A stretch of 64,000 bases of DNA. It comes from Sphingobium sp. (lineage in GTDB: Bacteria; Pseudomonadota; Alphaproteobacteria; Sphingomonadales; Sphingomonadaceae). Below are positions 18,000-26,972 of this stretch, piece after piece. The stretch lies in the NCBI RefSeq assembly GCF_023266575.1, contig NZ_JAHFPV010000001.1; one strand, given 5' to 3'. The notes below the pieces were generated by a model that worked only from the letters and a program-made list of their open reading frames with translations, did not search any database and was not told where the DNA came from. Every line of letters begins with the position of its first letter. Within the stretch, counting starts at the first letter, position 1. The translations under genes were made by a program, and so were the position numbers.

Positions 18000-19439
18000 T
18001 TACCCCACCAGCAGCGCCGGTTCCTCGATCAGGCCTTTGAGCGTCTGCATGAAGGCCGCGCCCACTGCGCCATCGATCGCGCGATGGTCGCAGGAGAGCG
18101 AGAGCTGAACGATGGTGGCAAAGGCCAGCGCATTGCCGATCTCGATCGGCTGGCGCGTGCCAGCGCCCACCGCCAGGATCGCGCCCTGCGGCGGGTTTAT
18201 GATCGCGTCGAACTGATCGATGCCGAACATGCCGAGGTTGCTGACCGAGAAACTGCCGCCCTGAAACTCGTCCGGCTGCAACCGTCCGGTCCGCGCCTTT
18301 TCCGCCAGCGCCTTGACCTCACGCGAAATCGCCGCGACCGACAGCGTGTCGGCCCCCTTCACGATGGGCGTGATCAGCCCCTTGTCGGTCGCGACCGCCA
18401 CCGAAATGTCGGCGCTGCCGAAGCGATGGATCTCTTCACCATGCACCTGCACATTGACGTCCGGGTGCCGCGCCAGCGCCAGCGCGCAGGCGCGTACGAT
18501 ATAGTCGTTGATGCTGGGCGCTTCGCCGGTTGCCGCCTTCGCCTGCGCCCGCAGTCCCAGGATCGCGTCGATCCTGACAGCAGAGCGCAGATAGAAATGC
18601 GGGATGGTCGATTTGCTGTGGCTCAGCGCCTTGGCGATCGCCTTGCGCATTGGCGACATTTTGACGATCTCCGCCGTGCCGGGGGCAGGACGGGCAAAGG
18701 CGATCGGTGCGGATGGCGCGGCCTTATCCACCGTCACCGGCTTCACCAGCGCCAGCACGTCCGCCTTGCCGATCCGCCCCTTTGGCCCCGTGCCGGTCAC
18801 GCCGGTCAGGTCCACGCCATGCTGCACCGCCAACCGTTTCGCCAGCGGACTGGCAAACACATTGCCCAACGTCTCGCCCACCGGCGTCAGGTCCACCGAT
18901 GTGCCACCACCGATCGCGACCGGCGGCAGGCTGGCCTGCTGCACATCCTGAAAGGTGATCCGCCCGTCCGGCCCTGACCCGATGATCGCGCTGATATCCA
19001 CGCCCTGCGCTTCCGCAAAGGCGCGCGCCGCCGGGCTGATCCGTGCGTCGGCGGCGATGGCAACCTTGACCGCTGCAGGTGCGGCCGGGGCAGGCGGCGG
19101 CGGCGGCGCATCGCCAGCCTTGGACGCGACCTTGCTGTCGGCGGGCCTGAATCCGGCGACAAAGGCGTCGACGTCAGCCGCGCTGATCGCCTCGTCCGGC
19201 CCCGCCAGCACGGCGATCAGTTCGCCGACGGCATAGGTGCCGCCGGTCTGGGCGATCAGGCGCGGGAACATGCCGTCGGCCTCCGCCTCGACCTCATTGG
19301 TGATCTTGTCGGTTTCGATGAGCGCGAGCAGGTCGCCCTTCTTGAACGGCACGCCCTCGGCAACCATCCATTCGGCAACGACGCCCTCGGTCATCTCTAT
19401 GCCCCATTTGGGCATCGCAAATGCGCGCAGATTGGCCAT
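18000..19439 (-). CDS. Dihydrolipoamide acyltransferase (E2) of a 2-oxoacid/acetoin dehydrogenase-type complex
   Basis: Lipoyl domain with ALIETDKITNEVEA (lipoyl-Lys). Two peripheral-subunit-binding motifs (ISPAARAFAEAQGVDISAIIGSGPDGRI; ASPLAKRLAVQHGVDLTGVTGTGPKGRI). Catalytic SCDHRAIDGA. Confidence 0.9.
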   Translation of the reverse strand: MANLRAFAMPKWGIEMTEGVVAEWMVAEGVPFKKGDLLALIETDKITNEVEAEADGMFPRLIAQTGGTYAVGELIAVLAGPDEAISAADVDAFVAGFRPADSKVASKAGDAPPPPPAPAAPAAVKVAIAADARISPAARAFAEAQGVDISAIIGSGPDGRITFQDVQQASLPPVAIGGGTSVDLTPVGETLGNVFASPLAKRLAVQHGVDLTGVTGTGPKGRIGKADVLALVKPVTVDKAAPSAPIAFARPAPGTAEIVKMSPMRKAIAKALSHSKSTIPHFYLRSAVRIDAILGLRAQAKAATGEAPSINDYIVRACALALARHPDVNVQVHGEEIHRFGSADISVAVATDKGLITPIVKGADTLSVAAISREVKALAEKARTGRLQPDEFQGGSFSVSNLGMFGIDQFDAIINPPQGAILAVGAGTRQPIEIGNALAFATIVQLSLSCDHRAIDGAVGAAFMQTLKGLIEEPALLVG

Positions 19440-19440
19440 G

Positions 19441-20463
19441 TTATGCTGATCCCCGCCGGTAGGACATGAGCTTCACCGCACTTGCCACGATCTTGTCGGG
19501 CGAAGGCAGATAGGCGGACTCAAGTTCGCGCGCGAACGGCACCGGACTGTGCGGCGCGGTGACCATGTCGATCGGTGCTTTCAATGATGCGAACGCCTTC
19601 TGCGCGACCAGCGCCGACAGGTCGGTGGCGAAGGAACAGCGCGGTGGCGCTTCATCGACGATCAGCAACCGTCCCGTCCGCTCGACACTGTCGAGGATCG
19701 CTTCCTCGTCCAGCGGGCTGGTGGTGCGCAGGTCGAGTATGTCGCACCCGATGCCATCCTGCGCCAGTTGCGCTGCGGCCTTCTCGGCAAAGCCCACCAT
19801 CATGCCGGTGGCCAATATGGTGATGTCGTCGCCCTGCGTCACCTGCCGGGCATGGCCGAAGGGGATGACATAATCCCCATCCGGCACCTCGCCCTTCACG
19901 CCATAGAGCGCCTTATGCTCCAGGAAGATCACCGGATCATCGTCGCGGATCGCCTGGGTTAGCAGTCCCTTGGCGTCGGCGGGGGTGGAGGGCATCACGA
20001 CCTTCAGCCCCGGCATGGCGGTGACGAACTGGTGGATCACCTGGCTGTGCTGGGGCGCGGCGTTGAAGCCCGCGCCATAGGGCATACGGATGACCAGCGG
20101 GCAGCTGGTCTTGCCGCCGAACATGTAGCGGAACTTGGCGACCTGATTCCAGATCTGGTCCATGCACACGCCGATAAAGTCGGCGAACATGATCTCCGCG
20201 ATCGCCCGCTTGCCGGTCAGCGCCGCGCCTGCCGCCGCGCCGATGATGGCGCTTTCGGAAATCGGCGTGTCGATCACCCGGTCAGCGCCATATTTGGCCC
20301 ATAGCCCGCCCGACGTGCCCCAGATGCCGCCGATCGCTTCCGGCCCGCCCGGCGCACCATTGCCGCCGACAATATCCTCGCCCAGCATGATCAGGCTGTC
20401 GTCGCGCGCCATTTCCGCGTCGATCGTGTCGCGAATGACGTCGCGGATCATCTTGATTGCCAT
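19441..20463 (-). CDS. Thiamine-diphosphate-dependent dehydrogenase E1 beta subunit
   Basis: MAIKMIRDVIRDTIDAEMARDDSLIMLGEDI...IDTPISESAIIGAAAGAAL...; 340 aa; its stop lies 1 nt before the E2 start. Confidence 0.9.
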   Translation of the reverse strand: MAIKMIRDVIRDTIDAEMARDDSLIMLGEDIVGGNGAPGGPEAIGGIWGTSGGLWAKYGADRVIDTPISESAIIGAAAGAALTGKRAIAEIMFADFIGVCMDQIWNQVAKFRYMFGGKTSCPLVIRMPYGAGFNAAPQHSQVIHQFVTAMPGLKVVMPSTPADAKGLLTQAIRDDDPVIFLEHKALYGVKGEVPDGDYVIPFGHARQVTQGDDITILATGMMVGFAEKAAAQLAQDGIGCDILDLRTTSPLDEEAILDSVERTGRLLIVDEAPPRCSFATDLSALVAQKAFASLKAPIDMVTAPHSPVPFARELESAYLPSPDKIVASAVKLMSYRRGSA

Positions 20464-20481
20464 ATGTCGATCCTCCTGGCG

Positions 20482-21444
20482 TCAGTAGCTGATATAGACG
20501 TCTTGCAGGACGTCCTGCGGAGTTGGCCGGTCGGCCTGTTTGGCTTCTGCGACCGCTCGGTCGATCAGGTCGGTGACTTCCGCATCCACCTTGTCCAGAT
20601 CGGTCCCTTCCAGCAGCTTGGCCTCCGTCACCTTGGTACGGAATGTCTTGAGGCAGTCGCGTTCCTCGCGGATGCGATCCAGTTCGCCTGGTCCGCGATA
20701 GCGCTGCGGATCGCCCTCGAAATGGCCGTAGAAACGCTCACAATCCAGCTCGATCGAGGCGGGGCCGCTGCCTGCCTTGCAATAGTTGATCAGCTCGCGC
20801 ATCGCTTCATAGACGCTGAAAAAGTCGATGCCATTGGCCTTGATCGCCTTCATCCCGAACGCGGCCGACCGCGCCGTCATGCTTTCAGCGCCGACGGCAT
20901 AGGCTTCGCCGGTATGTTCGGAATAATGGTTATTCTCGAACACGAAGATGACCGGCAGTTTCAGCACCACCGCCATGTTCATCGCCTCGAACGTCGTGCC
21001 CTGGTTGCAGGCGCCGTCGCCGGAAAAGGCGATCGAGACAGTGCCGTTGCTCTTGGCCGTAATGCCCGCGCCGACCGCGATCGGCGCGCCTGCGCCGACA
21101 ATGCCGTTCGCGCCCAGCATCCCGACATTCATGTCGGCAATGTGCATCGACCCGCCCTTGCCCTTGCACAGGCCATCGCGTGACCCGTAAATCTCCTTCA
21201 TCATCGCGACGACGTCACACCCCTTAGCGATGCAATGGCCATGGCCGCGATGGGTGGAGATGATATAATCGGTCGGCCCCAGATGCTCGCACACGCCCAC
21301 GGCGCAGGCTTCCTGGCCCGCATAGAGATGGGTGAAGCCGGCAATCTCGCCCAGCGCGATTTCGTCGTGCAGACGCTCCTCGAACAGGCGGATCGTCTTC
21401 ATCTGACGATAGGCCCGGATCAATGCCTCGCGGCTCAATTGCAT
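20482..21444 (-). CDS. Thiamine-diphosphate-dependent dehydrogenase E1 alpha subunit (AcoA/PdhA-like)
   Basis: RQMKTIRLFEERL...FTHLYAGQEACAVGV...STHRGHGHCIAKG and the ThDP-binding region GDGACNQGTTFEAMNMA...NN; 320 aa. Confidence 0.9.
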   Translation of the reverse strand: MQLSREALIRAYRQMKTIRLFEERLHDEIALGEIAGFTHLYAGQEACAVGVCEHLGPTDYIISTHRGHGHCIAKGCDVVAMMKEIYGSRDGLCKGKGGSMHIADMNVGMLGANGIVGAGAPIAVGAGITAKSNGTVSIAFSGDGACNQGTTFEAMNMAVVLKLPVIFVFENNHYSEHTGEAYAVGAESMTARSAAFGMKAIKANGIDFFSVYEAMRELINYCKAGSGPASIELDCERFYGHFEGDPQRYRGPGELDRIREERDCLKTFRTKVTEAKLLEGTDLDKVDAEVTDLIDRAVAEAKQADRPTPQDVLQDVYISY

Positions 21445-21475
21445 ATCGTCTCTCCCGATCGATTGATTCTGCCGG

Positions 21476-22684
21476 TCACAGCCCCAGAACCGTTTTTGCT
21501 ATGATATTGCGCTGAACCTCATTGGTCCCGCCAAAGATGGTCCAGGCGCGTGAATTGAGATAGCGCGGCGCGGCGAGTTGCGCGGCTTTGCCATGCAGCG
21601 CGGGCGGCGCCTGATTGCCATAGAGCGGCCTTTGCCCCTCCAGCGCGATCCCGGCATAGCCGTAAAGCTGCACCGCCAGCCCGTCGACCTGTTGCCGCAG
21701 CGTGGAGGCAACCAGTTTGGACAGCGATGTCTGCGGGCCGGGGGGCAGTCCCTTGGCCATCTCCGCCAGTACCCGCATCTCGGTCATTTCCAGCGCCTGC
21801 GCCTCCAGCTCGACCCGCGCCAGCCGCGCCATATAATGGGGGTCGTCGCTCATGCAGCCGCCCTTGCCGTCCGGCTCTGCACCCGCCGCCTTGCGCAGCC
21901 GGGCGATGTCGGACAGCAATTTGGGCGCATGGCACGCGCCGCCGCGTTCATTTTCCAGCAGGAATTTGGCGATGGTCCAGCCTTGCCCCTCTTCGCCCAC
22001 CAATTCGCTGGCCGGGGTGATGGCGTCGTCCAGAAACACCTCATTGACCTCATGATCGCCCGCCAGCCCGATGATCGGCCGCACCTCTATCCCCGGCTGC
22101 GCCATGTCGATCAACAGGAAGCTGATCGCGCGCTGGGGCTTGGCGGCGGGGTCGGTCTTGGCGAGGCAGAAGATATGGGTCGCATGATGGGCATGGGTGG
22201 TCCACAGCTTGCGCCCGTTGACGACATAATGATCCCCGCGCCGCTCCGCCCGCGTCCGCAGGCTGGCGAGATCGGAGCCGGAACCGGGTTCGGAAAAGCC
22301 CTGACACCAGAAATCGGTGCCGTCCAAAATGCGCGGCAAAATGCGCGTCTTTTGCTCCTCCGTGCCGAACTGGCAGATCACCGGCCCCAGCAGTTTCAGG
22401 CTCAGCACCGGCAGGCTGGGCGCGTCGGCCAGCGCACATTCCTTCTCGAAAATATAGCGCTGGATCGGCGTCCATCCAGTGCCGCCGCAGGCGACCGGCC
22501 AGTTATAGGCGAGCCACCCCTTCGCGTGCAGGATCGCCTGCCACTCGCCGCCAATGTCCGGTTCCACGAACACGCCGGGCGTGCCGCGCATCCCCTCGCG
22601 CAGATGCTGGGGCAGATGCTCGTCCAGAAAGCGGCGAACCTCGGCGCGGAACGCCTGATCCTGCGGGGAAAAATCCAGGTCCAT
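21476..22684 (-). CDS. Acyl-CoA dehydrogenase (FadE-like)
   Basis: MDLDFSPQDQAFRAEVRRFLDEHLP...WCQGFSEPGSGSDLASLRTRAERRGDHYVVNGRKLWTT...IFGGTNEVQRNIIA; 402 aa. Confidence 0.9.
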   Translation of the reverse strand: MDLDFSPQDQAFRAEVRRFLDEHLPQHLREGMRGTPGVFVEPDIGGEWQAILHAKGWLAYNWPVACGGTGWTPIQRYIFEKECALADAPSLPVLSLKLLGPVICQFGTEEQKTRILPRILDGTDFWCQGFSEPGSGSDLASLRTRAERRGDHYVVNGRKLWTTHAHHATHIFCLAKTDPAAKPQRAISFLLIDMAQPGIEVRPIIGLAGDHEVNEVFLDDAITPASELVGEEGQGWTIAKFLLENERGGACHAPKLLSDIARLRKAAGAEPDGKGGCMSDDPHYMARLARVELEAQALEMTEMRVLAEMAKGLPPGPQTSLSKLVASTLRQQVDGLAVQLYGYAGIALEGQRPLYGNQAPPALHGKAAQLAAPRYLNSRAWTIFGGTNEVQRNIIAKTVLGL

Positions 22685-22685
22685 C

Positions 22686-23831
22686 TTATCGTTCCAATAT
22701 GGTCACGCCGGAAATGCCCGGTGCGCCGTAAACATGGGAATAGGCGGTGCGCGGGTTATCCGGCACCTGCCGCCCGCCACCAAGCCCGCGCAATTGCAGC
22801 GCATTTTCATAGACCTGGCGCAGGCCCGACGCGCCGATCGGCTCGCCACAGGCGAGGCACCCGCCATCGGTGTTCACCGGCAGCCGCCCGTCAATATTGG
22901 TCCAGCCATTGGCCAGCCATTCTTCCTGATCGCCATCGCCACAAAAGCCGTTTTCGGCCATGTGCATGATTTCCGCGCCGGACTCGGTGTCCTGCAATTG
23001 GGCGAGATCAATGTCCTGCGGGCCGATCCCGGCCATTTCATAGGCCGCCTTGCTGGCCAGCAGGGTCGGCGCGCCGCCCCTTTCTATGTCCATGCAGGGC
23101 GAGAACACCTCAAACGATCCGGGCGGGCGCGTCCGCACGACGGCGGCCTTGATCCGCACCTGATCGCGCCCCAGTTCGCGCGCCTTCTTCGCGCTTGCCA
23201 GCACCAGCGCGACGCCACCTTCCGCAGGCGAACAGAACATATATTTGGTCAGCGGGTCGCTGATCATCTGGGCGTTCAGGATGGTGTCGATATCCACGGG
23301 CGATCGACGCCAGGCATGGTCGGCATGAACGGCATTGCGAAACGCCTTTTCCGCGACGCGGCCCAGCGACGTAGGGCTGATGCCATGCAGCGCCATATAG
23401 CGTTGCAGCTTCATCGCGAAAAACTGGGTCGTCACCATGAAGCCCGCTTCGCCATACCATTCGGGCAGGCTATATTCGGCGGGCAGGGCGTTGAACGCGC
23501 CGCGCGGATGCTTGTCGAAGCCGATGGCGATGCCGACATCATGCGCGCCCGACGCGATCGCCTGCCATGACCCGATCAGCGCCGACCCGCCGGTGGCGCA
23601 GCCATTTTTGACGTTGATGAAGGGCAGGCCGGTCAGCCCCAGTTCGTTGACGATCGTGTCGGCATTGCCCGCCGAATCCGATCCGCCGAAACCGAATTGC
23701 ATATCGGGCCATTCCAGCCCCGCGTCGGCCATGGCTGCGCGGGCCGCGTTCGCGCCCTGCTGTAGTCCGCTCATCCCGTTCGTGCGCCCGAAGGGGTGGA
23801 TGCCGATCCCGACGATATAGACGTCCTCCAC
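22686..23831 (-). CDS. Thiolase-fold protein, SCP-x / lipid-transfer-protein (Ltp) type
   Basis: VYIVGIGIHPFGR..., NVKNGCATGGSAL (Cys in thiolase nucleophile context), C-terminal NTDGGCLACGEPIGASGLRQV; 381 aa; its stop lies 1 nt from the next gene's start. Confidence 0.85.
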   Translation of the reverse strand: MEDVYIVGIGIHPFGRTNGMSGLQQGANAARAAMADAGLEWPDMQFGFGGSDSAGNADTIVNELGLTGLPFINVKNGCATGGSALIGSWQAIASGAHDVGIAIGFDKHPRGAFNALPAEYSLPEWYGEAGFMVTTQFFAMKLQRYMALHGISPTSLGRVAEKAFRNAVHADHAWRRSPVDIDTILNAQMISDPLTKYMFCSPAEGGVALVLASAKKARELGRDQVRIKAAVVRTRPPGSFEVFSPCMDIERGGAPTLLASKAAYEMAGIGPQDIDLAQLQDTESGAEIMHMAENGFCGDGDQEEWLANGWTNIDGRLPVNTDGGCLACGEPIGASGLRQVYENALQLRGLGGGRQVPDNPRTAYSHVYGAPGISGVTILER

Positions 23832-23834
23832 CGC

Positions 23835-24344
23835 TCAGCCCTCCGTCACGGGGGTGAAGGCGTAGAGGCGGACTTCGTTGCCATCCGCATCGGTGGAGAA
23901 GGACATGGTCGTCAATTCCATGGCCATGCCGATCGTCAGCCGGTCAAAATCCACGCCGCTCAGTTGCGTCTCCACGATCGTCGCGCTGGGCAATTCGACA
24001 TAGCCGATGGCGAAGGGCGTAAAATCCTCCGGCCCGGTATAGGGCGGCGACTTGGGACGAAACCGCTGCACCGTCCAGGACCAAAGCGTCCCGCGGCGCG
24101 GCAGGTCAACCGCCTCCCAGCGCGTGGCATCGCCGGGGCAGGGAAAGACGATCCGGCCTGTCTCACGATGGCGGCCGCCGATCAGGGTCGGTTCGGGCGT
24201 TTCCCGGAACAGTCCTTCGGCAATGGCAGATGCGCCCAACGTCCTAACCCTCTCATCCTTGTGTCGGGCCACTATGGGAAGGAGATGGGGCAAAGGCTTC
24301 TGTAAGAAAGCATAGGTTGGCGGCCAGCCTCCCGCTTCAGACAA
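23835..24344 (-). CDS. DUF35 OB-fold/zinc-ribbon protein (thiolase partner)
   Basis: GRIVFPCPGDA...LPRRGTLWSWTVQRF...PFAIGYVELPSATIVETQLSGVD matches the DUF35 OB-fold pattern. The track start (TTG 24344) lies inside the upstream terminator T-run. An in-frame TTG at 24239, 8 nt after GAGAGGG, would give a more typical protein of about 135 aa. Confidence 0.75.
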   Translation of the reverse strand: MSEAGGWPPTYAFLQKPLPHLLPIVARHKDERVRTLGASAIAEGLFRETPEPTLIGGRHRETGRIVFPCPGDATRWEAVDLPRRGTLWSWTVQRFRPKSPPYTGPEDFTPFAIGYVELPSATIVETQLSGVDFDRLTIGMAMELTTMSFSTDADGNEVRLYAFTPVTEG

Positions 24345-24372
24345 AAAAAGACCAGCCGGTTGCCCGGCTGGC
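24343..24372 (-). terminator. Rho-independent terminator after the LuxR-family gene
   Basis: Perfect 8-bp stem CCAGCCGG / CCGGCTGG (24352-24371) with a 4-nt loop. The A7 run at 24343-24349 gives a T-run on the minus strand. Confidence 0.65.
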
Positions 24373-24401
24373 CCATGCGGTGTCCCAAAGGGGGAGGGAG
24401 C

Positions 24402-25361
24402 TTATTTCGCGGCGACCTGCGCCTCGATCTGCGGATGGGGGACCATCACGGCGGCGACATTCCCCAGATAGCCAAGCTGGGTCGCCTTGAATACGGTCTG
24501 GCTGCGGTTGACGGCTTCCAGCTTGATCGCGGCGTTATGGATATGGAAGCGCACCGTGGCGCAACTGCGCTCCAGGATCAGGGCGATCTCCACATCGGTC
24601 TTGCCGACGGCCGCCCAGCGCAGACATTCGACCTCGCGCTTGGACAGGCGGCAATTTTTGGGAATCCATGGGCGCTGGCTCGATACGCGGGTATAACCAT
24701 GGACGAAGCGCCGGGCGTGATATTCCAGCTGATCGCTGTAAAGATCGAATTCCTTGCTCAGATCGTCGCGCTTGTCGTTGAAGGGTGAGAAGCTGATCGC
24801 CGCGATCTGGCCGAAGGACATATGGACGGGCACGCAGATGACTGCATTCGCATTCACCTCGCCCTGGAAGAGGCTGAGGTCAATCTGATCGAGCAGGGGA
24901 TTGGGCGCGCGGGTGTGGATGCCATGGGCGTTGGCCCAAAAGGGTTCGTTTTCATAGCGACAGGCGAAGGTCAGCGGCGAGCTGAGCGCCAGCAGCGGCT
25001 TTTGCCACCATTGTTCCTTGGTCGCGGGCCAACCGAACACGCCGCTGGCCAGTACGTTGCCATCGGCGTCGGTCATGGGGGATCGGGAGGCGATATTGGC
25101 GCAGGCGGCGACGCGGAAATTGCCCAGATCGCGGGCAATGTCGCGTAGCGCTTCGGCAGCGGGCCGAATGTCGGCGGCCGTCTGAATCGCGGTTGGAACC
25201 TGCCTGCCCATACGAAAATCGGTCGCTGTCTTTGCAGCGTCCCCATTGTCTGATCGGGCGGCGACGAGCATGTCACCTGATCTCTCCATAGCGATGATGC
25301 TATTCCTGCTGCACGGCTGCGACAAGCGGCAAAACCTATGACTAGCGATAGGTTTTTCCAC
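24402..25361 (-). CDS. LuxR-family transcriptional regulator (C-terminal HTH; N-terminal sensor-like domain unassigned)
   Basis: C-terminal LSKREVECLRWAAVGKTDVEIALILERSCATVRFHIHNAAIKL is a LuxR/FixJ-type HTH. The N-terminal domain is about 200 aa. The true start may be an internal Met (MERSGDMLVAA...). Confidence 0.8.
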   Translation of the reverse strand: MEKPIASHRFCRLSQPCSRNSIIAMERSGDMLVAARSDNGDAAKTATDFRMGRQVPTAIQTAADIRPAAEALRDIARDLGNFRVAACANIASRSPMTDADGNVLASGVFGWPATKEQWWQKPLLALSSPLTFACRYENEPFWANAHGIHTRAPNPLLDQIDLSLFQGEVNANAVICVPVHMSFGQIAAISFSPFNDKRDDLSKEFDLYSDQLEYHARRFVHGYTRVSSQRPWIPKNCRLSKREVECLRWAAVGKTDVEIALILERSCATVRFHIHNAAIKLEAVNRSQTVFKATQLGYLGNVAAVMVPHPQIEAQVAAK

Positions 25362-25499
25362 TCACGCGACAGGATCGAGAACCTAGCGGAAAGCCCAGTC
25401 AACGCCGCGCCCGCCCACCGTGCATAAAAGCGTCATGGAACAGCAACAGCGGGGCAGCGCAGGACGCGCCCCAGCCATGACAGACCGGGGGATGGTGGC

Positions 25500-26594
25500 T
25501 TGAATTTCGATCTCAGCGAAGAGCAGGTCATGCTTCGCGATCTGGTCGACCGGTTCGGCGCAGACCGTTACGATCCCGCCCGCCGCCTTGCCTATCTGCG
25601 CGAACCGCGCGGCTTTGCCGACGCCAACTGGGCAATGCTCGCGGAAACCGGCCTGCTGGCCTTTGCCCTGCCGGAGGAAGCGGGCGGATTTGGCGGGTCG
25701 GCTGTGGATATCATTACGGTCATGGAGGCGCTGGGCCGCTGTGTCGTTGTAGAGCCGGTGCTGCCTGCGATCATATTGGGGGCCGGTCTGGTCGCGGCGG
25801 CTGGGACGGGCAGCCAGAAAGCGAAGCTGCTGCCTGCGATCGCAGCGGGCGAGGCGATCGTCGCGGCTGCCCTGTTCGAGCGGCAGGCGCGCTTCGACCT
25901 GGAAGGCATCAAAACCCGCGTCCATGATGGCCGGATCAGTGGCACCAAGCAGATGGTGCTGGGCGGCAGCTATGCCGATCATCTGCTGGTGGCGGCACGG
26001 ACGGGTGAGGGCGCGCTGACGCTCCATCTGGTTAAGGCCGATGCTCCGGGCATCACCATTACTCCCTACCGGCTGGTCGATGGGTCTATCGCCGCCGATG
26101 TGCAATTTATCGACACGCCAGCCCAGCCCATGGCAGGCGGGGAAGCGGCTTTGGCGCAGACTCTGGATCAGGCGCGGCTTGCCATTTGCGGCGAATTGCT
26201 GGGGCTGATGGACATGATGTTTGCTGCCACGCTCGACTATATCAAGACGCGCCAGCAATTTGGCCAGCCGATCGGCAGCTTTCAGGCGATCCAGCACCGC
26301 ATGGCCGATTGCTATGCCCGCGTCGAACTCAGCCGATCGCATCTCTACCGCGCCGCCGCCGATGGCGCGACCGTCGCCGCTGCGGTCATGGGGGCCAAGG
26401 CCTATATCGCCCAGAGCGCGATGCAGGTGGGCGAGGAAGCGGTGCAGCTGCATGGCGGCATCGGCACGACCGAGGAACTGATGGTGGGGCAGGCGTTCAA
26501 GCGGGTAATGACGCTGGCCACGCTGCTGGGCGACACTGACCATGACATAGTCGCTTATATTGCGCTCACCAATCGCGCAGCGGATCGACCATGA
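25500..26594 (+). CDS. Acyl-CoA dehydrogenase-family protein
   Basis: TTG start giving MNFDLSEEQVMLRDLVDRF... (typical ACAD N-terminus), and C-terminal QQFGQPIGSFQAIQHRMAD...LHGGIGTTEE; 364 aa. Confidence 0.85.
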   Translation: MNFDLSEEQVMLRDLVDRFGADRYDPARRLAYLREPRGFADANWAMLAETGLLAFALPEEAGGFGGSAVDIITVMEALGRCVVVEPVLPAIILGAGLVAAAGTGSQKAKLLPAIAAGEAIVAAALFERQARFDLEGIKTRVHDGRISGTKQMVLGGSYADHLLVAARTGEGALTLHLVKADAPGITITPYRLVDGSIAADVQFIDTPAQPMAGGEAALAQTLDQARLAICGELLGLMDMMFAATLDYIKTRQQFGQPIGSFQAIQHRMADCYARVELSRSHLYRAAADGATVAAAVMGAKAYIAQSAMQVGEEAVQLHGGIGTTEELMVGQAFKRVMTLATLLGDTDHDIVAYIALTNRAADRP

Positions 26595-26956
26595 CGGAGA
26601 GCTATCATCGTGTGGTAGAGGCGCGTGCCGTCGAGGACCGTGCGATGCTGCCCTTTGTCGTCAATGGCTGGCCCGTGCTGATCTGCAAGGATGAGGGGAA
26701 GGTCCATGCCCTGATCAACCGTTGCAGCCATGCCGCGGCGGAACTGGCACCGGGTGGACGGGTGCGGCGTGGCGCAGTGATGTGTCCGCTGCACGGCGCG
26801 CGCTTCAAGCTCGATAATGGCGCATGTCTTGGTGGGGCGGACTATAAGCCACTCAAACTCTACCCCTGGCGCGAAAGCGCGGATGGGTGGATTGAGGTCG
26901 CGGTGCCGGATGCTGCGCCGGGTGCGGAGGATATGCCGGTTAAGCAATTGATATAA
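26591..26956 (+). CDS. Rieske-type [2Fe-2S] ferredoxin
   Basis: CSHAAAEL...CPLHGARF (CxH...CxxH); 121 aa; the start overlaps the ACAD stop (ATGA). Confidence 0.8.
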   Translation: MTESYHRVVEARAVEDRAMLPFVVNGWPVLICKDEGKVHALINRCSHAAAELAPGGRVRRGAVMCPLHGARFKLDNGACLGGADYKPLKLYPWRESADGWIEVAVPDAAPGAEDMPVKQLI

Positions 26957-26972
26957 AAAGGATAAGTGAGTT

